Below, piece by piece: positions 53,427 to 61,181 of a stretch of 62,786 nucleotides of DNA. Source of the DNA: a virus; IMG/VR virus record IMGVR_UViG_3300035429_000044, positions 1 to 62,786 of that record; one strand, 5' to 3'. Within the stretch, counting starts at the first letter, position 1. Each line of letters starts with the position of its first letter. The notes below the pieces were generated by a model. That model was not told the origin of the DNA. It saw nothing but the letters and a program-made list of their open reading frames with translations, and ran no database searches. A program made the translations under genes and the position numbers.

Positions 53427-54349
53427 GATGTGTGCTCCTTGCGGTTGAGGATGTCGGCCTGCGCCTGGCAGGCGCGCATCCATTCGGAGGGGGCGAACCC
53501 ACGGCGCTCGTGGTTGTAGAGGTGCTCTTCGGGGCCCATGATGGCCAGGACGTGCTCGCAGGTCATGGTGTGCCGGTGGGGTTCTGGGGTGTGCGTGGTG
53601 TCGCTGGGCCGGTTGGTGCGGCGGGTGAGGTAGCCGCCCTCGATGCCGCGGCGCAGCCACAGGGTGAACGCGGCGTCGAGGTTTTTGGCGATGTGCCCGT
53701 CGGCGAGCTGCTTGCAGCGGAACTTGTCGGCCTCGGCGTCGAGGTCGGCGTGCGCGCTGTTGGCGAGCGCCTCGTGTTCGCTGTTGGGACTCCAGTCGGC
53801 GAGCGCCTGCTCACGGCTGGCGGATTGTGTGGTGTCGGGTTCGTGTTCGCGCGCGGCCTCTCTCGGGTTTATTGGGTTAATGGGGTTAATGGGGTTAAGG
53901 GGGTTGTGTGCAGACAGGCTGCACCCCTGTTGCACCCCTGTTGCACACCTGTTGCACACCTGTTGCACGTCAGGGCCGTCTGTTTGGGGTGCAGATTCTG
54001 CACCCCTAGTTGTGGTGTGCGCGGGTGCGTGTTGGGGTGCAGATTCTGCACGTCTGTTGTGCTCGAGGTTGAGGTCCCAGACGACGCTGCGCCGGTTGGC
54101 GGGCAGGTAGTCTGCGAGCGCCTGGTCGCCTCGCATGATGATGCCGGCGGTTTCGAGGTCGTTGAGTTTGTTGCGTACGGTGCGTAGGCTCATGCCGGTT
54201 TCCTCGGCGATCGTGCTGGCGCTTGGGTATGCGCCGCGCCCTTCGTCGTTGGCGTTGTCGGCGAGGATGAGCAGGACGCGGTATGCGCTGGCGTCCTTGA
54301 GTGTGGATCCGATCTCGTAGATCGCCCATGTCAGTGCTCTCAGGCTCAT
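53423..54349 (-). CDS. Replication initiator-like winged-HTH protein with an internal origin-type repeat region
   Basis: The N-terminus LRALTWAIYEIG..AYRVLLILADNANDEGRGAYPSASTIAEETGMSLRTVRNKLNDLETAGII is typical of HTH_36-type phage/plasmid replication proteins. Confidence 0.7.
   Translation of the reverse strand: MSLRALTWAIYEIGSTLKDASAYRVLLILADNANDEGRGAYPSASTIAEETGMSLRTVRNKLNDLETAGIIMRGDQALADYLPANRRSVVWDLNLEHNRRAESAPQHAPAHTTTRGAESAPQTDGPDVQQVCNRCATGVQQGCSLSAHNPLNPINPINPINPREAAREHEPDTTQSASREQALADWSPNSEHEALANSAHADLDAEADKFRCKQLADGHIAKNLDAAFTLWLRRGIEGGYLTRRTNRPSDTTHTPEPHRHTMTCEHVLAIMGPEEHLYNHERRGFAPSEWMRACQAQADILNRKEHTS
53874..54051. repeat. Origin-like repeat cluster: 9-mers, 11-bp iterons and two 18-bp palindrome-containing repeats
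   Basis: gggttaa-tggggttaa-tggggttaa-ggggg. TGCAC(C/A)CCTGT occurs four times plus a partial copy (53920..53969). ggggtgcagattctgcac occurs at 53986..54003 and 54034..54051. Confidence 0.85.
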
Positions 54350-54753
54350 GATGGCTCCTCATTGGCTAGTGGTGTGATGTGGATGGACACGCGCCATAAT
54401 CCGGTTTTGCGTGTGGGTGGGCCCATGGTGTAGGTGCGTCGTCGCAAATGCGTGTAGTCGTCGTCCTCCCACAGTCCGGCGTCGGTCAGGCCGTCGACGA
54501 GGTGTTTGACGGTGGGTGCGAGGTTGTCCGGGTCGGCGCGGGGCGGTTTTTTCGGGTAGTGGATCTCGTATTCGATGTCCACATGGCTGTATGGCTGCCA
54601 TGGCTGGTGCCGGTTGATCCAATCCCGCCCGATGAGGGCGCCCTTGTGGCGCAGACGCTTGGCACGCTGTGAGTTGGCGTACACCTGCCCCTGCCCGCCA
54701 TTGGCTTTCATGAGCAGGTTCTTGGGCACGTCGATATGGATTGTGGCGGTCAT
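54346..54753 (-). CDS. rusA: RusA-family Holliday junction resolvase
   Basis: ..PRADPDNLAPTVKHLVDGLTDAGLWEDDD.. is RusA-like. Confidence 0.8.
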   Translation of the reverse strand: MTATIHIDVPKNLLMKANGGQGQVYANSQRAKRLRHKGALIGRDWINRHQPWQPYSHVDIEYEIHYPKKPPRADPDNLAPTVKHLVDGLTDAGLWEDDDYTHLRRRTYTMGPPTRKTGLWRVSIHITPLANEEPS

Positions 54754-55493
54754 CGCGTGCCGTCCTTGGTGCGGGCGAACACGACGTATTTGCCGTTTTC
54801 GACCTCGATGGCGCGCGCCTCAAACGCGCCGGCCGGCGTGAACGCCTGCACCCTGCCGCCGGCCACACGCCGGCACTTGTCGAGCGCGACCCGGCGCGCA
54901 TGCCGCCCGGTATGCACGCTGTACACGACCCACTTGCCGGGGTGGGCGCGGGCCGCGTCCGCGGTTTTCTGCGCGTCCGAGACGGCCACGCGTGCCCGGT
55001 GCAGACCCTCGGGCAACTCGTCGACGAGCATGCCCGGCTCCCAACGCACAGGCGTGGTGGGAGCCCCGGTGGCGGCATTGTCGGCTGTGTCCGTGCCGGC
55101 ACCGGCGGACACCGGCTGGACATCGGTGTCCGGTTGGTGTCCGCCAGTGGACGGTTCAGCGCCGGCGGCCTGCTGGATCTGCCACAATTCCATGGCGGTC
55201 CGCGACGGATTCATGTTGAGCGCGTCACGCAGACCAGTGCGCGCAGTGCTCTTGCCGTGGCCACACAGATGGGCGAGCACCACGCGCTGCTGGTTAGCGG
55301 TCAGATCATGCCATGGCGTGCGCGCCATCTCACGCAATTCGTTTTCGGTGATCTCCATATCGGGCTCCCCCATTCGTTGTATCGGTTGTGTCTGTGTTGG
55401 TCGTGGCTGCTGTCGTGGCTGGCTCATGCCGCGCAATTGGTTGATGTTGTCAGCGTCGGAACGGATCCACTCGTCCCAGTCGATCCCGTCCAT
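54750..55493 (-). CDS. Hypothetical protein with an HTH-like segment (247 aa)
   Basis: An ATG at 55493, 2 nt after the SSB stop. It carries ..LTANQQRVVLAHLCGHGKSTARTGLRDAL... Confidence 0.6.
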   Translation of the reverse strand: MDGIDWDEWIRSDADNINQLRGMSQPRQQPRPTQTQPIQRMGEPDMEITENELREMARTPWHDLTANQQRVVLAHLCGHGKSTARTGLRDALNMNPSRTAMELWQIQQAAGAEPSTGGHQPDTDVQPVSAGAGTDTADNAATGAPTTPVRWEPGMLVDELPEGLHRARVAVSDAQKTADAARAHPGKWVVYSVHTGRHARRVALDKCRRVAGGRVQAFTPAGAFEARAIEVENGKYVVFARTKDGTR

Positions 55494-55495
55494 GC

Positions 55496-56050
55496 TCAGA
55501 ACTCCGGTTCGCCAGCGTCGGCGGGCGTCGTGGTGCCGAACGCGCGCGCACCCCACGGATCACCAGAGGTGGCGAACGGATCCGATACACCAGTGTTGGC
55601 CGGGGCGCTCGCGGTGCTGCCTCCCGTGTATCCGGCTGGCTGGCCGAACCCACCGAACTGGCCGGCGTTGCTGTTTTGCTGGCGGGCGACTTGGGCGGTG
55701 GCGCGGCGCAGGCTGGGCCCGATCTGGTCGACCCGCAGTTCGGCCACGGTGCGCTGCGACCCGTCCTGCGCTTGGTAGGAACGCTGTGCGAGCCGGCCCT
55801 GAGCGATGACGGTCATGCCCTTGGCCAGCGAGTTCGCGATGTTGCTCGCCAACGGCGCGTGGCTCGAATCCCATGCGGAGCAGTTGAGGAAGAGCGTGTC
55901 GCCATCCTCCCACTGGTTCGTGTCACGGTTGAAGCGCCGCTCCGAGCTCGCGATCGTGAAGTTCACGACCGTCGAGCCGCTGTTCAGGGTGCGTAGTTCG
56001 GGGTCGCGGGTCAGGTTGCCCACGATGGTGATGATCGTCTCCCCTGCCAT
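55496..56050 (-). CDS. ssb: Single-stranded DNA-binding protein (copy 1, replication module)
   Basis: The OB-fold N-terminus is ITIVGNLTRDPELR... There is a Gly-rich tail and a C-terminal ..DAGEPEF. Confidence 0.9.
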   Translation of the reverse strand: MAGETIITIVGNLTRDPELRTLNSGSTVVNFTIASSERRFNRDTNQWEDGDTLFLNCSAWDSSHAPLASNIANSLAKGMTVIAQGRLAQRSYQAQDGSQRTVAELRVDQIGPSLRRATAQVARQQNSNAGQFGGFGQPAGYTGGSTASAPANTGVSDPFATSGDPWGARAFGTTTPADAGEPEF

Positions 56051-56051
56051 G

Positions 56052-56357
56052 TCACTCCTCCTCGGTGTCGTCGGTTGTGGCGAGCGCGTCAGTGGCCTGC
56101 CCGTACAGGGCGAGCGCGCTGCCGGCGAGCAGGAGCAGTTCGCCCTGCGTGCATTCGTCGAGTTTGGTGGACATGGTCAATGCGCCCTGTTCGCCGCGGC
56201 GGCGCAGGTTGACGCGTCCCACCGTGCGTGAGCTGTCAGTGTCAGCAATGGCGATCTTGACGTGCATAGTGCGCAATGCGTGCTCCGCGTAGAGCTGTTT
56301 GAGCGCTTCGGTTAGGTATTGTTCCGCGATTTTCATCGCGTTGACGGTCAGTGCCAT
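56052..56357 (-). CDS. Hypothetical protein (101 aa)
   Basis: An ATG with a GAAAGGAAA RBS. Confidence 0.65.
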   Translation of the reverse strand: MALTVNAMKIAEQYLTEALKQLYAEHALRTMHVKIAIADTDSSRTVGRVNLRRRGEQGALTMSTKLDECTQGELLLLAGSALALYGQATDALATTDDTEEE

Positions 56358-56747
56358 GAGCGGTTTCCTTTCGGGTGGGTCGTGGGGTGGGTGCGCTGGG
56401 GCTCCCAGGCGGGGCTGATCCGTCTGGCATGACTGCGGCCGAGAACCATCGCTCCCCTGTGCGCCGGGCTATCTCGGTGCTGGGGTGACGTTGACGCATC
56501 CACCTGAGCGGGCCGGGCGGGAATCGCACCCGCCTCCACCATGAGGACCCGGCCGAGGGGAAAAATGAGAGAAAAGGGTTCGGCCAAACGTCTCTGGTGG
56601 GGCTAGCTTGCACGGCCCCAAGCGCGGAGTGCGGGAGCAGGCGCGCCCCGCGCTGGATTGTGTTATTCGGTTATCAGCGGCCGGCGCATCACTCCGGCCA
56701 CAGTCCCCGTGTGCGGGCATCGGCGCGCACACGGGGAAGCATGTGGG
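56358..56747 (-). other. 390-nt GC-rich, hairpin-dense non-coding gap inside the early operon
   Basis: Only compositionally implausible ORFs are present. An 11-bp perfect stem (56705..56736) lies right after the upstream stop, and several further 5-6-bp stems follow. Confidence 0.5.
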
Positions 56748-57017
56748 TCAGCTGAGCGCGGCGCGCGCGTCGTCCATGCGCTCCTCCATGTCGCGGATCT
56801 GTGCGCGCAGGTCACGGATGAGGCTATCCACACTCCGCGGCTGCGGGTTCGACCCATATGACGCGCGCCTGTACTCGGTCAGCTCCTCCGTCTCGATGAG
56901 AGCCAGATGCTCGTTGAGTTCGACGAGGTCTTGCGCGGAGAGGAACCGTTCGTCGCTGCGCTCCATGAGTCCGTGTGCCTGCAGGATCTCCAGCAGCTGC
57001 GTAAGTGCCGTGCTCAT
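56748..57017 (-). CDS. Hypothetical protein (89 aa)
   Basis: Coupled ORF; helical and acidic. Confidence 0.6.
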   Translation of the reverse strand: MSTALTQLLEILQAHGLMERSDERFLSAQDLVELNEHLALIETEELTEYRRASYGSNPQPRSVDSLIRDLRAQIRDMEERMDDARAALS

Positions 57018-57334
57018 CGTCCCGCCTCCATGTGCGTGGTGGAGCGCGCCACACGAGCCGGCGACTGGCGCCGGTCGGCGAGCGCCGTCAGCCGATCATG
57101 GGCGTGGCGTGCCGCGTGGATAATGTGGCGGGCGACCGTGGTGGCGAGCGCGAGCAGCGTGTCGATCTGGGGGATCACATAGGCGAGTGAGCAGATCAAC
57201 AGGAGCCATGCCGCGCTGTAGGCCCATGGCGCCCACATGAAGCCCACGCCAGAACCGATGTAGGTGGCGGAGGTGAGCGCGGTAATCGTGGAGATGATGG
57301 TGAGCGCCTGGCGGGCGCGGGTGCGGTTACGCAT
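57014..57334 (-). CDS. Membrane protein (106 aa)
   Basis: An ATG at 57334 overlaps the upstream stop (ATGCGTAA). There are two or three hydrophobic helices. Confidence 0.55.
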   Translation of the reverse strand: MRNRTRARQALTIISTITALTSATYIGSGVGFMWAPWAYSAAWLLLICSLAYVIPQIDTLLALATTVARHIIHAARHAHDRLTALADRRQSPARVARSTTHMEAGR

Positions 57335-58265
57335 TGGTGGTCTCCTTGGCTTCGTCGATGAGTCGCTCGAGTTGAGTGCGGATTGTTTGTACGGTTGCGA
57401 GGCGGGCGTGCAGGTCGCTGGCGTCGAGGTCCCACAGGTCGCAGAATCCGATGGTCGTCTCATACGCGGCCTGTTCGCGGTCGAGGATGCCCATGAGCTT
57501 GTCGGCGCGGATAAGCGGGTCGGCGTGGGGCACCTCTTCCATTTCCTCGGTCTCGCACCGGCGGGTGGCCGCCAGGTCGCTGTGTACGGTGATGGCATTG
57601 CGGTAGCGCCATTCGGCGTTCGTCACTGCGCTCTGGTGTGACGACCAATCGTCACCTGCCTCGAGGAGGCGGTCGGTCCATTTGCCGAGCTTGTCGTACC
57701 CCAGTGTGCCGTTCTCGAGCTGGTGGATGTATTTGTCGGTGAGCATGTGCAGGTTCTGCGCACGGGCGGCGAGCGCGGCGCGCGCGTCGATCCGATCCCG
57801 GTCGAGCATGCTGCACAACGGGCATTCAGCGGTGGAGGCTGTCAGGTTATGGCTGTGGGCGATTTTGGCGGCTGGCACGGCGCTCATCTCCTCGGTCTCA
57901 GGCAGGGCGTCTGTCTCCCCGCTCGTGACGTGGCCGTCCGCGGCGATGCGCGTGTAGGCCACGTGGAACCGATGGTGCAGGCGAATGGATCTCCCCCACT
58001 CGTCGATCGCCGCGTGGCTGGCGGCACTGGCCTCGTCGACCTGCCGTTCGAGGTTGTCGAGCCGGGCCTGCCATGCACGGTGCGATGGCGTGCCGATCGC
58101 CGCGTGGCCGGCGTCCTGGACGTCCCGGTATTCGTCGTACGCCTGGTCGACGCGCCCGCTGGCGGCGAGCAGTGTGGCGTGCGCGTCGTCGACGCGTTTC
58201 TTGAGGCGGGCGCAGTTGGCGCACTGGTTCCAGTCGACATTCCAGCTGCAGGTTGTGGTTGTCAT
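57327..58265 (-). CDS. Hypothetical protein (312 aa)
   Basis: Long ORF in the early operon with no recognisable motif. Confidence 0.7.
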   Translation of the reverse strand: MTTTTCSWNVDWNQCANCARLKKRVDDAHATLLAASGRVDQAYDEYRDVQDAGHAAIGTPSHRAWQARLDNLERQVDEASAASHAAIDEWGRSIRLHHRFHVAYTRIAADGHVTSGETDALPETEEMSAVPAAKIAHSHNLTASTAECPLCSMLDRDRIDARAALAARAQNLHMLTDKYIHQLENGTLGYDKLGKWTDRLLEAGDDWSSHQSAVTNAEWRYRNAITVHSDLAATRRCETEEMEEVPHADPLIRADKLMGILDREQAAYETTIGFCDLWDLDASDLHARLATVQTIRTQLERLIDEAKETTNA

Positions 58266-58522
58266 GATCGGCTCCTAACGGGTTTTTTGTATCGTGTGCA
58301 GTCCTCGGGAAGAGTTCCGGTGCGGGGTTTCAATCTGTTGCTCCACCAGCGCTTGACGGCTATGGGGTCGTAGAGCACGCGCCGCCCATCTTTGAACCAT
58401 TCCAAGTCTGGGTGTAGTTGCAGCGACCGCCATTTTGCGAGGGTTTTCACCGACAGGCCCAGATAGTCGGCCGTCTTCTGCGGCGTCCAACAATTCGCAT
58501 ACCCATCAGGCACCGTGCTCAT
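58262..58522 (-). CDS. Excisionase/MerR-type HTH DNA-binding protein
   Basis: ..TPQKTADYLGLSVKTLAKWRS...RRVLYDPIAVKRWW.. fits the HTH_17/Xis family pattern. Confidence 0.65.
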   Translation of the reverse strand: MSTVPDGYANCWTPQKTADYLGLSVKTLAKWRSLQLHPDLEWFKDGRRVLYDPIAVKRWWSNRLKPRTGTLPEDCTRYKKPVRSRS

Positions 58523-58763
58523 CGCGCACCCCCTCCCCTGCCGCCGGGTTTATCCTGTTGAGGAGCGGGACGAGGATACGGTCGCAGACCGCCTCATAGT
58601 GCGAGATCGCATCCCGCAGCCGTTCGGCCTGTTTGGGGTGGCCGTCACGCTCCGCGCGCTTGAGGTTGACCTCGAGCGCGTCACACCACGCATGCAGGTG
58701 ACGGTCGACGTCATCGAGCGCGGTCATGTACCCCGGCCTGAACCCGTATCCCTCATCGCTCAT
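58506..58763 (-). CDS. Hypothetical protein (85 aa)
   Basis: ORF coupled to the Cro-like gene. Confidence 0.55.
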   Translation of the reverse strand: MSDEGYGFRPGYMTALDDVDRHLHAWCDALEVNLKRAERDGHPKQAERLRDAISHYEAVCDRILVPLLNRINPAAGEGVRDEHGA

Positions 58764-59023
58764 CGCTCACTCCCTTCTTTGTCTGCGAGCGCCTTGGTGG
58801 CGCTGAAATCCGGTGACAGCAGCCCAGCCCCGTCGATGCCCCAATGGCGGGCCAGCAGCTCGATTTCGTCGAGTGTGTACGAATACCGGCGTGCCAGGCG
58901 GGCCTTGAGTGTGGAGAGGGGTATATTGGTGTTAGCTGAAAGCTGCTCGATGCTCTCATGGGTGGCTCCGCGCATGGAATCGATGTTCGTCGCGGCGATG
59001 CTGTTCAGACTGCGATAGTTCAT
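58760..59023 (-). CDS. Cro-like HTH regulator
   Basis: 87 aa. It carries ..SIEQLSANTNIPLSTLKARL.. and is divergent from the CI-like gene. Confidence 0.7.
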   Translation of the reverse strand: MNYRSLNSIAATNIDSMRGATHESIEQLSANTNIPLSTLKARLARRYSYTLDEIELLARHWGIDGAGLLSPDFSATKALADKEGSER

Positions 59024-59101
59024 GCGAACTATTCTAGTTCAGATGGACTAGAAGCGCAACCCGATTGGACTATTTGGCGTGTCGGTGGGATAATCTGGTT
59101 C
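59024..59101. promoter_or_regulatory. Genetic-switch intergenic region with operator-like repeats
   Basis: A 78-nt divergent region. It contains the inverted repeat ttctagt-N8-actagaa (59032..59053) and recurring (G/A)ACTATT half-sites. Confidence 0.55.
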
Positions 59102-59536
59102 ATGGAAACTATCGCAACTTTTCGTCAGGCCATGGCGCAAATCATGAAGGGGCGCATGGCATTCCATGGAGTCAAACAAGCCGAAACCGCAGAAGCCATC
59201 GGAATAAGCCAGTCGCAACTCTCAAAAATCCTGCGCGCCGATCGACCGATAGACCTCGAAACATTCGAGGCCCTATGCACATTCCTCGGCGACGACGCCG
59301 CGGCACTAGTAGCCCAGGGCGGGGCGCTCGCAGATCGCAGCACAACCAACGACAACACCGACAAATCTCAGGATGCGCTCGCAGACGCCAATACAGCCGA
59401 TAGGGCGCCAGATATGTCTGGATGGACCGCTGACGAGCAGGCAGACTATATCGCCAACCATCTCGACCAATTCGATTATGCGGCCAAACGTGGCGACACC
59501 GAGGCTGAGCAGCTGGCATACGAGGAGATGCCATAA
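59102..59536 (+). CDS. CI-like XRE-family repressor
   Basis: ..GVKQAETAEAIGISQSQLSKILR.. is an HTH_3 pattern. It has an acidic C-terminal half and is the first gene of the lysogeny operon. Confidence 0.8.
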   Translation: METIATFRQAMAQIMKGRMAFHGVKQAETAEAIGISQSQLSKILRADRPIDLETFEALCTFLGDDAAALVAQGGALADRSTTNDNTDKSQDALADANTADRAPDMSGWTADEQADYIANHLDQFDYAAKRGDTEAEQLAYEEMP

Positions 59537-59667
59537 CAGTTTCCCGCGCTCGCTTCAGAGCGTGGATAAAAGAGAAGGAGGCCCATTATGGGTAACGTTG
59601 TGGAGGCAAGGGCTATTGTTCACGGGTCAGGTTCGACGGGGATTCGCTGATCTTCGAGTTCAATGGC

Positions 59668-60414
59668 ATGCATAAATCTACGTTGGGCATGGATTCCGCG
59701 GTCATTCCCGTGGCAAGCATCGTGGATGTGACGATGAAGAAGTCCACTTGGATGACGAATGGCGTCCTATGCGTGCAGGTGATGCTGCCGGATGGCCAAG
59801 TGAGCGAGGCGATAGACAATCCTGCACTGGCGATGGATAGCCCGTATTGTGCCAGTATCATGCGGACGAGGCAGGGTGAGTTCGACGCGTTGGTCGCCGC
59901 AGTGGGCGCGGCTCTGCCTGCCGTCCCGGTGCCAGCGGCCCAGAATCTGTTCCTGCTGACCAAGAGTGCCCGCAAACAGGCCAGTGGGATTGTGTCAGCA
60001 CGCGGCGCAAGCGTCCAGTCTGAGGTCGGAAACGTCACCGCGCCGGTAAGGAATATTCCCGCCGGCACTCCGGACTTCGCCACTCATGGGCAGAAAGTGG
60101 CCAAATTCAAGGGAGATGATGGGACAACTTTCCATCTGTACGAGCATGCAATCCGCTGCGGGCTCGAAGAGTACCCGTTAACCGGCGTGGTTTCCACTGT
60201 CGAAGACGGATCAGCACTTCAAGAGCGCCTGACCGCGACACGAATCTTCCTGGCAGGCCCGTTCGCGTTGGCATTCAAAAAGCGTAAGGGTGGCGAGAAG
60301 TGGCTCAGCATCGTCGGTCCTGATTTCGCATGGATCGCAAAAGCGAATATGAAGCACATCTCGGATGCCATGAAATTCTCAGCACAAGTGAACAACCAAG
60401 CTCGCAGGCAATAG
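59668..60414 (+). CDS. DUF4429/bacterial PH-like hypothetical protein (5' end probably disrupted; see findings)
   Basis: The ATG-initiated track ORF. The same frame stays open upstream and reads VRFDGDSLIFEFNG. A strong RBS plus an ATG sits at 59588 in another frame. Confidence 0.6.
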   Translation: MHKSTLGMDSAVIPVASIVDVTMKKSTWMTNGVLCVQVMLPDGQVSEAIDNPALAMDSPYCASIMRTRQGEFDALVAAVGAALPAVPVPAAQNLFLLTKSARKQASGIVSARGASVQSEVGNVTAPVRNIPAGTPDFATHGQKVAKFKGDDGTTFHLYEHAIRCGLEEYPLTGVVSTVEDGSALQERLTATRIFLAGPFALAFKKRKGGEKWLSIVGPDFAWIAKANMKHISDAMKFSAQVNNQARRQ

Positions 60415-60440
60415 GCAAAACACGTCGAAAGAGAAGAGCC

Positions 60441-61109
60441 ATGGATTACCTGCTTTTATACGCACTCTTGCTGCTTGGCGTGGCTTTCGTCGTCAAACCA
60501 TTCATACAGACCGACTCCAATAGCGGCAAGCAAAAAACACCTACTACCGCGGGTGCGGCCGACGGCGGCATATCGGCCGGCAGGCCCCTGCATTCATCCG
60601 AGGACTGTCTAGACCCCGTTTCCGAGCGCGCACTATTGGACGAAGACGGCGCCATCGAACGCATGCGGTTGAAAGACATAAGGCGAGCGCCCAATGGTGA
60701 TAAACTCGAGCGCGCTCTCTACCTCACTTTGGATGGGCACATCATTAATCCAGAGTCACGCTCCTTGTACCGATATGGGCTCTATGTGGCACCGGTACGA
60801 GGCGCGGCATACCGTCGGGAGCGAGATCTTATAGACGCCGATACGTCGCCCGGCAGTTCGGCGATATTGGAACGCGAGCCAGACAATGAGCACGATCCGA
60901 ACGCGATCATCATTCGGGATGCAGCAAATGGCCGGCACGTAGGGTATGTCAACAAACTCACTGCGAAACGGGTAGCCAAAATACTCGATGACGACCCCGG
61001 CGCGCTGCGCGCCGTCTTCATACGTGGCGATGGTCCGGGCATCTACGCTTCGCCCATGCGGATACTAATCGCCTCGCCCGAACGTCTAAGACGGCTGTTC
61101 TGGAAATAA
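60441..61109 (+). CDS. Membrane-anchored HIRAN-domain protein
   Basis: An ATG at 60441. The N-terminal helix is YLLLYALLLLGVAFVV. The HIRAN-like core is VAPVRGAAYRRE..AILEREPDNEHDPNAIIIRDAANGRHVGYVNKLTAKRVAKILDD. Confidence 0.7.
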   Translation: MDYLLLYALLLLGVAFVVKPFIQTDSNSGKQKTPTTAGAADGGISAGRPLHSSEDCLDPVSERALLDEDGAIERMRLKDIRRAPNGDKLERALYLTLDGHIINPESRSLYRYGLYVAPVRGAAYRRERDLIDADTSPGSSAILEREPDNEHDPNAIIIRDAANGRHVGYVNKLTAKRVAKILDDDPGALRAVFIRGDGPGIYASPMRILIASPERLRRLFWK

Positions 61110-61181
61110 TCTCAGTCCAAGAGATCGCATTGGATTTGTCCACTTTTACGAGAAGGGGTTTTTACGTCTGAGGAAGCGTTA

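Noticed and set aside
42566-54051. Short tandem repeat clusters as possible CRISPR arrays
   Set aside because: The units are 6-18 bp with no unique spacers of CRISPR size, they lie inside coding sequences, and no cas genes are present. I interpret them as iterons.
56511-56535. T-arm-like hairpin (ggcggg-tgcgatt-cccgcc on the minus strand) suggesting a tRNA or tmRNA fragment
   Set aside because: The loop lacks the TTC signature, no acceptor or anticodon arms can be built around it, and there is no CCA context.
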